Below are positions 29,852 through 48,155 of a DNA stretch of 64,000 bases, in pieces (positions within the stretch are counted from its first letter, which is position 1; every line of letters starts with the position of its first letter). The DNA lies in NCBI RefSeq assembly GCF_009914755.1, contig NC_060926.1, one strand, 5' to 3'. The DNA comes from the human T2T-CHM13v2.0 reference genome, Homo sapiens. The notes beneath the pieces were generated by a model. That model was not told the origin of the DNA. It saw only the letters and a program-made list of their open reading frames with translations, and ran no database searches. A program made the position numbers and the translations under genes.

Positions 29852-30265
29852 AGACTGGATTAAGAAAATGTGGCACATATACACTGTGGAATGCTATGCA
29901 GCCATAAAAAATGATGAGTTCATGTCCTTTGTAGGGACATGGATGAAGCTGGAAATCATCATTCTCAGCAAACTATCGCAAGGACAAAAAAACCAAACAT
30001 GGCATGTTCTCACTCATAGATGGGAATTCAACAATGAGAACACTTGGACACAGGAAGGGGAACATCACACACCGGAGCCTGTTGTGGGGTGGGGAGAGGC
30101 GGGAGGGATAGCATTAGGAGATATACCTAATGTAAATGATGAGTTAATGGGTGCAGCACACCAACATGGCACATGTATATATATGTAACAAACCAGCACG
30201 TTGTGCACATGTACCCTAGAACTTAAAGTATAATAAAAAAAAATTTAAAAAAAATTATAAAAAAA
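29852..30265 (+). mobile_element. 5'-truncated L1PA 3' end
   Basis: DWIKKMWHIYT..YAAIKNDEFMSFVGTWMKLE ORF2 terminus, L1PA 3' UTR and A tail; TSD atcttgaat (29841-29849, 30266-30274). Confidence 0.93.
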
Positions 30266-30910
30266 ATCTTGAATGCATAACAAACATAAGTTTTTTAAAA
30301 CAATGCTTCATTAATCTATACAAGCACTTGAGTTGTTCACAAGGAAAATATATCTACCTGGTGAAGAGAAGAGACCTAACATTTGTTGAGTATCTGCTAC
30401 TGGCAGGGTACTCTTCTGGACTCCTTTATGTTGACTATTTAATTCCCACAGCAACCCTGAAGAACAAGCCCTGACATTCTAAATAAGAAAACTAAAGCAC
30501 AGAGAGTAATCTGCCCAAAGAAACATAGCTGAAAAGTAAAAAGCTGGGATTTGAACCAGATTAGACTTGTTCCAAAGTCCATATTCCCAACTACCACAAA
30601 TCAGATTGCCCCAATGTGGTGTCTCAGCAGGAGAAAGTAATGGACTGCTTCTGCATATTTTGCATCTCATCGTGCTGCTTTCCAACTTCTGACAATGTAA
30701 ACTTACAAGGCCAATTTCAAGTAAAGAAACTTGTACTATTTTTCAAAAGGTGGTAAAGAAAGTCAGATCTGAAAGAGAATGGTCTATAAAGTTAGTATTC
30801 TAAAACTAATGCAATCATTGTTTCTTATCATAGATTTATTAAATAAAAATAAAAACATTTTCTTGCTATACTATTCCCTTTTCTAGCATAAAAGTAGCTT
30901 GCTGTCATAA

Positions 30911-31155
30911 TTTTCTTTTTTTTTTTTTTTGAGACGGGGTCTCACTGTCATCCAGGCTGGATCATCCTGCCTCTACCACCCAAGTAGCTGGGACTATATG
31001 AGCATGCCACCACAGCTGGTTAATTTCTGTATTCTTTGTAGAGACAGAGTTTTGCCATGTTACCTAGGCTGGTCTCAAACTCCAAAGCTTAAGTGATCCA
31101 CCTTTCTGGCCTCCCATAGTGTTGGGATTACAGGCGTGAACGACTGCACCTGGCC
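30911..31155 (-). mobile_element. Alu with an internal deletion
   Basis: Antisense Alu; part of the right arm is missing. Confidence 0.88.
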
Positions 31156-31920
31156 TGACATGAATATTTAATGCCAACATACTACTGTTGTTGCAAATCT
31201 CACTGATTTAAAGTTGAAAACTAAAGAGAAAGAAAGAAAAAAATCTCAGATGCTCATGTCATCAAGAAAAGTCCTTTCCTTCAATTGGGACATGTTTGTG
31301 TTTCAAGTACAGTTCCGATAAGCCTAGTGAACTTTTTCCAAGTCTACTATAGACTACCTGAAGAACTATTTAGTTCTTGAGAATTCCAAAGACATGAAGT
31401 TTTACTAAAATTACGTCAAATACTTAAACAACTCTAAACTACTAAGCATACATCTTCCTTTCAAAGCTACAGGTCCCACAATACTTCAATGACAGTGATT
31501 TTGTGCTAAAAAGTTAAAGGTGATTAACTGTGGGAAAGAGATTAGTTAGGTTAATCTTTAATTATTAAACTTGGGGATTTAAAGAGTTTTATAAAGGCAT
31601 GTTTCCAATGGTTGAAATAATTAATATAAAATGTTAAGATCAGTTAATTAAACTATGACTATAGTGCTATTTACGTGGGCCTCGTGACAAGCCTGCGATT
31701 GGTGCTGGTAGATTAGGATACCCACCATGACTCAGCATACCCATTCAATAAAGTGTAAGTGGAAAAACAAACGGAAGTTCTGGCAACAAAGAGGGCCAGG
31801 AAGTACAGTCACATAAAGGTCACCCAACAGGTTTGCGTAACTTGTCTTTACTGCTAGATAGATATAATACTGAGGGACAGATTTTACATGCCAACCAAAT
31901 TACAACAACTACCAAATTAA

Positions 31921-32262
<342 letters not shown>

Positions 32263-32975
32263 TGAAACTATAAAAAATAAAAGCTTCCTAATACATCAGA
32301 CTATAATGAGCTACAAAAGCCTTATCAAATCATTTAATCACATATGACAAAGAACCAGAAGAGACATTTTGCCTCAACTTTACCCAAGTGATCCAGAAAT
32401 ACAGTAGAAAGGTCTACTCTCTTAGGAAGACAATAGTGAGCCACTGCTCCCACTCACTCTGTAGCCTGACCTAAACTTACTGAGTTTCTTCCAGCCACTG
32501 CTCCCACCCAGTCCGTAGCCTGACCTAAGCTGAAGAATCTCCCTTTCTAATTTCCCCTTCTTTGTGTGATCAGTGATCAGATGCTTCCCAACCTGAAGAA
32601 ATGCTCAGCAAATGGATGTGATGGGCAATCTATGATTTCTGACTACCTATCATTGAGTCCTTTCCTCTTGGTACCAGTATCCATTATCCTCATTACCTTT
32701 TTGGGGGCTACCTCTCCCCCATGGGATACAGTCTTGTGGGACAATTAATCAGGTTCACACTCACTCCTAAACAAGAGATGGGAACATGACCTACATCAGG
32801 CCTACTGGACATTCTTTCCCTGGACTATGAATTGTGAGCAGTGAACAAAAAAGGCTGGCAATGGTTTCAGTTCATTCATTCCACTCCCAGAGCTGGAACA
32901 AAAATGGTTTCTACCTGTTGCAGGCCTTCCCTTCAAATCTGCAAGTCCAGACCTATGTAGCCTCCAACCAATGCC

Positions 32976-33283
32976 TTTTTTTTTTTTTTTTTTTTGTCTT
33001 TTAAGATGGGGTCTCGCTCTGTCACCCAGGCTGGAGTGCAGTGGCATGATCTTGGCTCACCGCAAGCTCTGCCTCCTAGGTTCACGCCATTCTCCTGCCT
33101 CAGCCTCCCAAGTAGCCGGGACTACAGGTGCCCGCCACCACGCCCAGCTAATTTTTTGTATTTTTAGTAGAGATGGGGTTTCACCGTGTTAGCCAGGATA
33201 GTCTTGATCTCCTGACCTCGTGATCCGCCCGCCTCAGCCTCCCAAAGTGCTGGGATTACAGGCGTGAGCCACCGGGCCTGGCC
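32976..33283 (-). mobile_element. AluY-like
   Basis: 'gcaagctctgcctcctaggttcacgccattc','caccgtgttagccagga'; TSD ccaacca(a/c)tgcctttt. Confidence 0.93.
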
Positions 33284-33329
33284 CCAACCACTGCCTTTTT
33301 TAACTGAACACAAAGTGGTCTTCATTATT

Positions 33330-34900
33330 CTCCAAGAATTGTCAAGGAAGCACCTCTGTACTTGTGCAGCATAAACCTGGACCTCAACTTTGACACAGCA
33401 GCAGACTCCCTCTCTCTTGATCCCCTCTGTCAAGTTCCAAGACGTGACACTGCTGGTTTTCCTCCTCCTCCCTTCTCAAGCTCTCCTATCTGCTCCTCCA
33501 GCTGACAAATACTAAAGGGACTCAAGGCTGTTTCTGAGTCACCTTTCTTTCTAGATGTATTTCTCTCTACAGGCAGTCTTATCCCTGGTCACACATAGAA
33601 TTAATCATTTAAATACCCATGACTCTTAAGCTATTTCTTTGGCCCATTGCTTTTCTGACCTCCAGAAAGATACCCCAAAGTGCTTACTTGTAATTGTCAC
33701 TTTGCTGTTTCAGAGGAAACTCAAAGTCAACAGGTCCCAAACTGTGACCTCCATTGTGCCTACCACTGCTGCCTCACACACACACAAAAAAGCTAGTCCT
33801 CCTTCAGCCATACCTATCTAGATGAATGCAGTAACCATCCACCTAGCCATGAAACCATAAATTCAGGAGACTAGGCGTCTCCTTCTAGCCTCCTGCTTTC
33901 TCACTTTATTATATCCAAACAACCACTAAGTTCTTCCAATTTTACCTTCTAGTCATCTCTCAAATATGTCCAGCTCTTTATTTTCATTGATCTCACTTTA
34001 GTCAAAGAAATGCTCTCCTAACTGGCCTCTCCTAAGCATCTCTGAACACCCCTTCAATACCTCCTTCACATTAGAGCAAATAATAATTTTTAAAATGCAA
34101 ATATTATATTATTCCTAAAATAGCGTTGCCTTCCCCTTAGGACAAAGATCAAAATCCTCCCCAGGGCCTCCACAGCTGCTGCCTGCCTGTTCTCTTCTCT
34201 CATCTCACGTGAGCCCAGGCCTGCCTCATCTGTCCTGCTGTACTGCAGTGAACTGATCTTCTTCCGGAGTCTTACAGATGCCATTCTCTCTCCATCTTCA
34301 GCCCTTTGTATATGTCTTGCTCTGTTTTCCCCAAGTTACTACAGCTCAAAATAGCCACTGCCTCAAGAAAGTCTTCCCGAATTTTCCAGCTTAAATTTGG
34401 AACCCCCCCACCCACACAACCCATTTTACACTGTCTGCCTCTCCTTTAGTGCTTATATCACAGCTACAATGTACTGTGCAATTAGGTGTTTAATTTTTGA
34501 ACTCCCCTACAAGAACATAAACTCCATGCAAAATAATAGTAATCTCTAGCATTTAGCAGAGCCTTTTAAAAAAATACTTAAGATTTTACCCAGTATTATT
34601 CACTGCTGACTCCCAAATTACTATGGCAGCCCTAACTTCTCCCTAGCTCCAGATTCATCATGTGTCTAATAACCTACTCAAACTCTTCACCTGAATATTT
34701 AATAAGCAGCTTAAATGTAACATTTCTAAAACCTCTGGATTACCAACTACACCCCTAAACTCTCTGATTCCCATCCTCCTCAGGTCAATAACGATCACCA
34801 CCAGTCACCCCATTTTCTAGGTCAAAGTGGTGACTGAGTTATCCTTGATCCCTCTCTTTCCTTCAAATCCCATATGCAAAAATAATTTATCAGTGGGTCC
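33330..34900 (+). mobile_element. Degraded L2 segments
   Basis: Pyrimidine-rich L2-like motifs such as 'ctcaaagtcaacaggtcccaaactgtg','tcctaactggcctct','gagttatccttgatccctctctttccttc'; boundaries approximate. Confidence 0.5.
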
Positions 34901-34931
34901 TATGGACTTTAATTTCAAATTACATATCCTT

Positions 34932-35324
<393 letters not shown>

Positions 35325-35951
35325 TTAAGCATGCTTCTCACCCCTCTGTCACTACCCCTCTCTTTCACGCCTCCATCTTCTCATGCCTGGACCACCATGG
35401 CAACCTCCTAACTTGGTCTCCCCACTTCCACCTGCCCCCCTCCCCCAACTCTCTTCTTCACATAGGGGTCCTCCTCCCACCCCTCAACAGAGACTCTACA
35501 CAAGCAGGGTCTCTATTTGATCCAACAGTGCACATACACCCAATGACTAGCATTTGGCTGAGCAGATAGCAGACAAACTATTTGCTGAATGACTAAGAAT
35601 TCTGACTGCAGATTTCTAGGCTTCATCCCTGGAAATTCTGACCCTGCATTTCTTAATCATCCACAGGTGACTGATGATGACTCCACCAGACACCTAGGCC
35701 TGTCTCCTCAGAGAGGACTTCAAAGTTGTCCCTGCCCGCTCTTACTCAGGACCCCTTCCACCTCAGTGCACAGAGGCCTCTGAAGTGACCCTGAGACTTG
35801 GAAGAAATGAGAAGTGAGTCTCCTCTGAGAAACACTAGGGAAGCTAACTCGAGATGATTAATCTTTAGTGAAGACAATATCATGAGAAAATTGTCAGTTT
35901 ACGAGAATGACTGGCCCACAACCAGAAGCATCCTATGCCTGAATTTGGTGA

Positions 35952-36275
<324 letters not shown>

Positions 36276-36880
36276 ATAAGTATATACAATTCTTAATTCA
36301 TTATGCTACCAGAAGTGAAAACATTAATTAACTCCATAGACTGAAGAAATTTAAAAATTTAACTTCATCTAAGATTAAGTCTTCCAAAAGCTTATATGCA
36401 ACAGCGGCACTAATTTGATGCACTCCTCCCCCTTTCTTTTGTTTACTCTGGTGCAGGTGCTAAGAACCAGAGAAATAACAAATGCAAACAATGCAATGGA
36501 AAAGGAATCCTCAGTCTCATAAGAGAGTTTAAAATAGCACTTGTCCCAAGGATCTCACGCTTTCCTGCATGCAAACACTGTTCTGGAATGCTACATCAAA
36601 TTGATCTGATTCAGTACACTAAGGATTTGAGTTGCATAAAGTCTGGGATACAGCACCATATAAAATTACCAAGGAAGTTTCTACAACTTTTAATGCTTTA
36701 TATTACTGAGCAAGGAAGGGTTCAGATTCTAAAATTCTTATAACTACACTGTAATATGGCAAGAAACAATCTAATCTCCAACTCCCTACAAGCACTCTCC
36801 TTCTTCCTTTATAATATGTTTTGCTAAGCTTCACTCATTCCAAAACCTTTACAGAAGAAAAACCAACAGAAAATGTTTTA

Positions 36881-37144
<264 letters not shown>

Positions 37145-37429
37145 TCAGTTACTCATGTCAGCATGAACTGAAACAGGGGGCCTCTGCCATACATTCTTCA
37201 TCATATTTAACTCTTTTTGAGTCAGACAAGGACTTAAAAAGCAAGACTCTTCAAAAGCAAGAAGGAGTCAAGTGATTCAAGAAGCACAATAATTAGTCAT
37301 TACCAAATGATTCTATATCATGGTTTTGGGAGATTCTAAAGAACACATGCCCCATCATCCTGGATATATAAAAATATGCAATCCTCTCTAACTTCCTCTT
37401 TGGTTGGCTTCCCAAGAACCCCACCCTAC

Positions 37430-37598
37430 CTGACTGGCTTGTTTTCTGGGCCCACATCTGTAAAGCCCATTTCCTCCAGTTTGCAGCGCCTGTAAAGCTC
37501 ATAGTGCCTGGTATGGGTCTGCTCTCGCAGGTCCTCCATATTTGTACAAATGAGCATTTCCCGCAGCTTTACAAAGTCACAGTGGTTTTCATTTTCCA
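37430..37598 (-). CDS. SEPTIN10: Septin-10 coding exon 8 (septin unique element)
   Basis: ggctag|TGGAAAAT...CCAGTCAG|gtaggg; 169 nt. (V)[55 protein letters not shown](S). Confidence 0.97.
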
Positions 37599-38826
37599 CT
37601 AGCCAAAAAAAAATAAGAAAAGAACAACACTGGATTTTAATTCCTGGCACACAACTAAGTGTTTGCTGAATGAACAAATAAATGAAAACATGTGAAACAA
37701 CAAATAGCAAATGATCAGTTTGATTAACAGCTACGATTATTTTATACATGTAACCAAGGAAGAAACTCTTGCAGTATAAATACTGTATCATAGGCAATGT
37801 GAATTAACAGACCAGATTTACTTTAAATTTAGTAGCCAATGAATCACCAGGAAATACCAAAAAAGACACAACTTATTGTTAACCAAGTGTTCTAGTTATT
37901 TCACACTAATATTTTGTTAGCAGTTTACAAACTATCCTGAAGACATTTCACATAATGTTTAAAGAGTATGTAATATTAGTTCACTAAAACTTCAAAGTAG
38001 TAAATTCTGCAAACTCAAGAATACTATCCTTCCCTGCTATAATTATCAAATTCTTTTTATAGAACACATTTATGATCCTGTGTTAGACACTATTCAAAAT
38101 TAGTGAACACACTTACATGATCCTTCTTCTATGTTTACGGTGACCAGAGGACTACAAATAAATATATTTTATTGTGACCAATACTCTTAAGTATAATTAT
38201 TACTTTTACATTTTTTATAAAATTAAAAATGTTATATTTTCTCAATTTTTTCATTCATTACAAAATTTATCAATTAAGAAAAAAAATCAGCATTTGGAAA
38301 TCCATACTAGTAAGGGTAATCTATTCACCATTAATTAGCACTATAAGTAAATGAACCATATAATACTATTTACTTACTCATTATAATGTCAGCTAAATAA
38401 TCTAAATGTCAAGTAGATTTAACTTTTTAAGTTGGCTGACTGGCTTATTCTGGAAATAGCCGGCAATACTTTGATCAGTAAAAATATATAAATTTATAAG
38501 ATGGTTGACTGTTCTTATACTTAAGTGGTAATTAGTGATGTTTTATGTCTGAACACTACTTTCCACATTCACATTTTGGTCAGAGTGCCCCACTGGTGTT
38601 TCCCACCTACTAACAGGGTACCGTGGGGGCGGGGGTAATGTGTGTGTGGCATAATGAGAAGTGGGAGGCTCTACACGGCCTCCAGACTTTGGCTAAAATA
38701 GTACACAGCCAATTCCTCTGACAACCAATCACATCCAAACTAAGCATCACCCCAAAGAAGGCATGACAGGTAGCTTTGAGATTACTAGATAGATACATAT
38801 TTCTAGTCATCCTTTGTCTCATTTAC

Positions 38827-38923
38827 CTTGTACAACACCCCAAGGGTACTGGCGAGCTTTGACCATCTTGTTTCCGACTTTTACCTCATCCATACTTCCC
38901 ACAACAGCAAACGGCAACTGTCC
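38827..38923 (-). CDS. SEPTIN10: Septin-10 coding exon 7
   Basis: tttcag|GGACAG...GTACAAG|gtaaat; 97 nt. [32 protein letters not shown], containing the septin RxYPWG motif. Confidence 0.97.
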
Positions 38924-39119
38924 CTGAAAAAGAATATCGAGCACATCTTCTCATACCACTGTGATAACTGACTAGATAAAATAAATTTTATGTGAGAGAG
39001 AAGAGAATAATTAAATAACAAACCTATTAAAATCGAATGGTCAGCTATGCCTCAGATTTTAAAACCTGCCAGTGAATATGTGCTAACTGTTCTACAAGAG
39101 TCATCTTTGGGCCCCATAA

Positions 39120-39505
<386 letters not shown>

Positions 39506-40878
39506 GAAAAAGAATTTTCCTCTAAAAGACAAAGATAATGTTGAGGAAATTACACATACACACACCCACAGTATACAAAATGTATATGTAACTATACAAT
39601 AGTGTATTCCTATTGTTTGTGTGTGTGTGTACAGTATGTGGGTGTATAGATATGGTACTAATATAAAGTAGTACACAAAGTCCCAAATTAATGTCAATAT
39701 AGTAAATGTCCTAGAAATTGAGAGGAGTGAGAGATCACTAGGAGCAGGAAGACACAAGCTAACCCACATCAAGAAGAACAAGATTTAGATGGACAAGCAA
39801 AGTGGGAAGAAATGGCTTAGAAAAGGAAAAGATTCTGAACAAAATGCAATAGCTAGGTTCAGGGGCAGGGAGTAGACTGGTCTGTCTGAAGTTGAGGATT
39901 AATACAGGGGAAAAGTCTAATGTAAAAATTATTAATTACTATGTTTAATATTTTAAAATTGACATATTTAGTTTCTTAATGGTGGCTTTCTGAATATTCT
40001 AGTTGAGCACAAGAAATAAAATTAGATGTAAAGACAATTTAACATATAGGAATTAAGATCACCTCATTTACATTAGTCAGTTTTTTTTTACAGATTTAGT
40101 TTAGGTACACTAATATAAAAGTGGTATGAAAAATCAGAAAAGGAAAATAGAAGAAATGGAATGAACAATTATTGAAAGTCACTGTTAGGCGCTTAACAAA
40201 GGTGACATCATTTATCCCTCACAACAACCCTTAAGGTGGGCAGTATTAACCTAACTTTGTAGATATGTTAAGTCTCAGGGAGGTTAGTAACTCCAATGGA
40301 CATATGGCCAACCAAGCCTGTCAGATTTCAAAACCCATGATCCTACAAAACACAACCAGGTGTTTTAAAAATGTGTTAGCTTCAAGAAAGTAAAATTAAG
40401 AACTTAGTCACCTTCCATTGTACTAAACTAAAAGTTATATGAATGTAACTTGACACTATGAGAGAGAAGGAGCATAAATACTAGTTTTAAGAGACCTCCT
40501 TAAAGATTTTAAGATTTTACAGCATGCAAAGGGAGGCTGTAAAGTCTTCTCATGTTTATAAAGACAGGGTAGGAAGGTGTCATCTTTCTAAGGCAATTAC
40601 ATATGGCTGCACAAAAGGTATATCCCAGTCTCACAAATCTATCACTTTATTTTGGTGAAAGCAGAGTGAAAGAAAAATATGCTTAAAAATAAATTCTCCT
40701 TACACCTTTTCCAACTTAAAAAACTAAACATTTTCTCATACTGGACTTTTTGAAAATTCACCTTGTTTGAAGTCTTTTTGGAAGACACAAGTGAAAGTGT
40801 ATTAGCAGCAATATTACTCACAAATTACAGTTTTATTTTCACATGGAAAACAGAATTAACATTCAATCAGGAGCTCAC

Positions 40879-41040
40879 ATTCATTGCAGCGTTGACCTTA
40901 GCAATAGTGTCATCATCCGTTGGGAACTGGTATATCTGGACGCCATTGCTGACCAATTCACTCATGAGCTTGATCTTAAACTTCTGTAATTCAGTTTTAG
41001 AAACCGTATCTGCTTTGGCAATCACTGGTATAATGTTTAC
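40879..41040 (-). CDS. SEPTIN10: Septin-10 coding exon 6; G4 AKAD motif
   Basis: taatag|GTAAAC...ATGAAT|gtgagc; 162 nt. [54 protein letters not shown]. Confidence 0.97.
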
Positions 41041-41149
41041 CTATTAAGAATAAAGAAAAACAAAATCTTACTGAGGATTTTTTTTTTTAATCCTGCAGCT
41101 GTTTTTTCACTCAAAACTGTTCATTCTGACAATGAATTTCCCTAAACCT

Positions 41150-41370
41150 AGATCGGGGGGCTGGCAAACTACGGTCCATCTCGCTGTTGATCTTGATACA
41201 TAAAGATTTACAGGAACACTGCCATGCCCATTTGCTTGTGTACTGTCTACAGTTGCGTTCACACTACAACAGCAGAGATGAGTTGCTGCTGCCATAAACC
41301 ACAGGGCCTGTGACGCCCAGTGTATTCTCAGCCTGGCCCTTTGCAGAAAAGGCATGCCAACCCTGACCCA
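41150..41370. mobile_element. MER58A-like hAT MITE
   Basis: 'ggggctggcaaactacgg' ... 'ctggccctttgcagaaaa..tgccaaccctg'. Confidence 0.7.
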
Positions 41371-41437
41371 GATGGCCATTCTCCTGTATATATACACCCC
41401 TTATACACTCATTCCTACAGATGCCAGCCACACAATC

Positions 41438-41712
<275 letters not shown>

Positions 41713-42197
41713 TGATAAAAGGTAAACTGAATTGCCTCAATTCACTAAGAATTTTTATTTTTTAATAATCTAAGCACTAAGTAACCAGGGTGATTGATCC
41801 CTCAGCAAAACTAAAAGACAGGTGAAGCTTCTCTTTGTGCCTCGTTTCAGGACTGACTCCATGCCTACCTGTGCCCCACTGTCACAGACTTACTTAGACA
41901 GCAGAGGAAGGAAACTGTATGTACTACTATCTTAAAAGTGTTCATGATGCAAAGGAATAACTTTCTCAGTATTATTTGAAGTCCTATCACTGACAGAGGG
42001 CAAGAGATTTGGGGTTGTGAAGACCGAATAACTTGTAAATCTAGTTCTATAAGATTAATATCCCCACAAAAGACTGATAGCTCCACAAATTTGTGACTGG
42101 TGGTTCTTAAGTTTTTTAGTTTGTTTTTCATCAAAAACCTCAGGCTAATCAGTCATATGTATCAAGACAGTAAAACCTCAATGTAATTTTCAGATTA

Positions 42198-42519
<322 letters not shown>

Positions 42520-43424
42520 GGAAAAAATTATAATTCCTATTCTAAATTTTTTTATCTTCTCAAATTTCACATTGATGCCAAGTATATATCTGAATTTATC
42601 AGCCTTCCATATGCTCCCAAGGAGAGAAATTTTTTCTGTCTATGAAATTGATGGCAGAAAACTTTCCAGCAATCCTAAGTAAACAACTTTCCTGTTAAAT
42701 TAGTCAAAGTACATAAACATTTTGGTGCCAAGTCCTTAGTTTCAATATTATATACTTAGGTATTCAACAAATTATGCCAAGTTAATAACTTATAATTGCT
42801 TGCACAATAAACTGCAGTAGACTGAATACTAAACATCAATGTTTACATGACTATTAGAGGGAGGGAAAGTAACAGATATTGCCCAAAGAGGGTCGCTTGT
42901 CACCAATGGCGTAAGAGAAGATAACTTTCCATGTCAAGCAGTCGAATGTTCTGCTTTTTAGTAACAGAAAACAACTATCTGGAGGTGGCCTGGGGAGTGG
43001 CAAGATGAGGTCAGCAAGGACACCACCTCTCATCTTTATGTAGTGCCCTTGTGTAAGTGAAAATTTCCCTACACCTGCCAACTGCCCCTACAAAAAAAAA
43101 ACCTGTGTATTGCTATTTAAAATGGGCCAAATCAAGTAATTTCAGCATATCCTAATTTTTCTTTTAAACTTAAAACAAAGCTTAGGGGTTAACTTCCTGT
43201 CTAGTTTGTACAATAGAAAGCTAAAGGCAGGATTTTGATAAGGCAGTCCCAATTTTAGAATTTGTCTCTCATCAACTGAATAAGGCAGAAGTGAGTAGTG
43301 ACCATCTTTAAATGAGTGCATGATACCCATGACCTTTACCGTTACCATAAAATATTTCATTTTGGTTTGAATGAAATAAGGTATTGGTCAAAAGGTAATA
43401 TTGTAATGCTCATTAATGTCTTTA

Positions 43425-44810
<1,386 letters not shown>

Positions 44811-45174
44811 GGAAGCATCTAGAACTAGTTGTTATAAGAGTTTGCAGGTTGAACTGCTGGTTCAAGGTGGACTGCCTCTGAACAAGTGCTCATTAGCTCT
44901 TCCATTTATTCCTGAAAATCCACTAAGGGACTACATCAATATAAATTGCTCCTGGCTAACACTTCTTAAAGACTTTTGATGACTCAAAGGTGGTTGGGTT
45001 GGCCAGTTACCTCAAATACCAATATGTAAATATCATCAATAAACTGTGCCTGTTAATTTTTAAATAAGTTTTAAATAACACAACAGTAACAGAGGTGCTT
45101 CATATATGCCAGGCATTGTACTAAATGCTTCGTAATATTCATCTCAGCTAATCTTCCCAAAAGTCTTAGAGTGA

Positions 45175-45496
<322 letters not shown>

Positions 45497-45674
45497 TCTA
45501 GCCCTATTTTATATATGAAAAATTGAATCCAAGTTTGTCCAGGGCCACATAGCTGCTAAGTGGCGGGGCTGAAGCAGAATCCAGGCAGTTCAGCATGACA
45601 GCCATGTCCTAACCCCTCTTGACTGCCTGTTTTATACCCGGACAGGTAGACTTCAGCTAACTTTTAAAACAACT

Positions 45675-46015
<341 letters not shown>

Positions 46016-47223
46016 TTACAGGGTAGTTTACACTTTTATCATAAAAAATAAAGAATATATTTAAATCACCAAATTTGGAAAAGATTAGATAATATATACT
46101 TACACAGTATACTAAAGCAAACTTCTATGGCAGATAGGCTCTTACTGGGTATGCCTATTTGCTAAACCCTCTATTTACATGGATCAATTTAATTAATTTT
46201 CATATCTGCCTCTTGAGGTAGTTCTTCTCCCTAGTTTTTATTTAAAAGTGGAGGACACTGAAAATCACTTAAGTCCACTGAGGCTCAGAGGGCTAAAGAA
46301 ACTTGCAAGATCAGACAGCTAATAAATGACAGAGCCAATATTTAGAGCCGTCCTCCACTGACACCAGCTTCTACAAATCTTTATACAAATTACCTCATGT
46401 TGCTCCTCTCTAGCTAAGACAAAACTGCACACTCTTGTTTTTATGTTCCTTTAACAAATATGAATTTCCATATAATCAGACTCAACTATGAAAACAACTG
46501 GCTAAATGGTTAGAACATCTGATCACATGTGATCAGGTGAACAGACTGTCATATAAGCTACATCAATTTTTGCTAAAACCAGGGGACCAAGCAACTAGTC
46601 AAAAGTAAATCGACCGATGTGCCAAAGCTTCACTAGGCAGGCCTTCAGGCTTTCCATACAGGTTTCTGCAGAGAAAGAAGCAGCATCCAGAACAACCTTG
46701 GATTTTTAATTCAACTTATACAGTTAGTAACCAGGATCATGAAAGCTTCATTTCGCATACCATTTGAGATTATGGAAAATTCTAACGTTTCTTTAATGTA
46801 AGATTACTGTCTTTAGCCATTTTTTAAACAAATATAAAAATCTGAAGTGAGTTAGTTTATGAATTTTTCTATAGCTCCCTAAATTTATATATAGCTCCTT
46901 GGCTTGGAAATTCAAAAATAGGTTTTCTCAGTATGGTCCAAATTAAAATGTATTTTACGACAATATCTAATGCAACATTAGACCTTAATCCTTGTTAATG
47001 AAGTTCTTCTCACTTAATAGTGGCATAAAGTAAAATTAGTATCAACTAAATTCTGCATTAAAAATGCAGAGAATACCCATGTTCTGGCATGCAATTTAAT
47101 CACTACAAAGGAAACTAAAATTTTATTGCAATATTCCTTCTTTGCATCTCATCTTCCAAATTGAATTTCTCTGAAAAAATAAGCTAGATGGAAATATAAA
47201 ATGTTTTAAAGATTTCCAGGCGC

Positions 47224-47530
47224 TGGGCATGGTGGCTCATGCCTGTAGTTCTAGCACTTCAAGAGACCAAGGAAGGAAAATCACTTAAGTCCAGGAGTTT
47301 GAGACCAACTGGGCAACATACCAAGACATCCAACTCCACAAAAAAAAAAAAATTAAAAAGTTAGCTGGGTGTGGTAGTACATGCCTATAGTCCCAGCTAC
47401 CTGGGAAGCTGAGGCAGGAGGATCGTTTGAGCCCACGGGTTTGAGGCTGCAGTAAGCCACGATCTCACAACTACCTCCAGCCTGGGTGACAGAGTGACTT
47501 TATCTCTAAAAAAAAAAAAAAAAAAAAAAA
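47224..47530 (+). mobile_element. AluJ-like
   Basis: Diverged dimer with A tail. Confidence 0.9.
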
Positions 47531-47644
47531 TTTAAAAAAGATGCACAGGATAAAAGTTACAATATATATCCATATTGTAAAAATATTTTAACAGTTAAAA
47601 ATAAATATTAAAGTATGGTAAGTTGATTCCTTTCCTCAACCCAC

Positions 47645-47831
47645 CTTGCTGTCAAGGTTCTTCATGGTTAAGAGATCAAGTGTCTTCAGAGAGTGGCCTG
47701 TCGGTGAAATGAAGTAGAGACACACATGGATGCGAGAATCATGGTAGGTAAAGAGAGAACGCTTAATCTTCAGTTCTTCTTGGAGATAGGCCTCAAACTG
47801 AGCATCTATGTAGTCAACTATTGGTTGGTAG
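47645..47831 (-). CDS. SEPTIN10: Septin-10 coding exon 5
   Basis: tttcag|CTACCAA...AGCAAG|gtgggt; 187 nt. [62 protein letters not shown]; phase matches the previous exon (AG|C = Ser). Confidence 0.97.
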
Positions 47832-48004
47832 CTGAAAAATTATTTAAATGTTTAATACAACATTATTTGTGCTACCTTAAGATATCTGTGCAACTCTTAG
47901 AAGTTTGAGGTCTATATTTTCACTAATTAATAAACAGTTAATATCTATGCTGAACAGATTAACTTTAGTGATAAAAAAATGTGCAGAACATGCGCAAAAG
48001 CTAT

Positions 48005-48155
48005 ACAAATGCTTCTCAACTTACAATGGGGTTATATCCTGATAAATCCATCACATAAGTTGAAAATATTAGCTGAAATGCATTTCATATCCCAATAAAC
48101 CTATCATAAAGTTGAGAAATCCTAAGTCAAACTATCCTAAATTCAGTATCATTTG
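48005..48155. mobile_element. MER47/Tigger5-like MITE (short)
   Basis: 'caaatgcttctcaacttacaatggggttatatcctgataaatccatc' with TA-flanked inverted ends. Confidence 0.6.

Noticed and set aside
38580-38600. Possible CTCF-like motif
   Set aside because: Spacing does not fit the CCASYAGRKGGC core.
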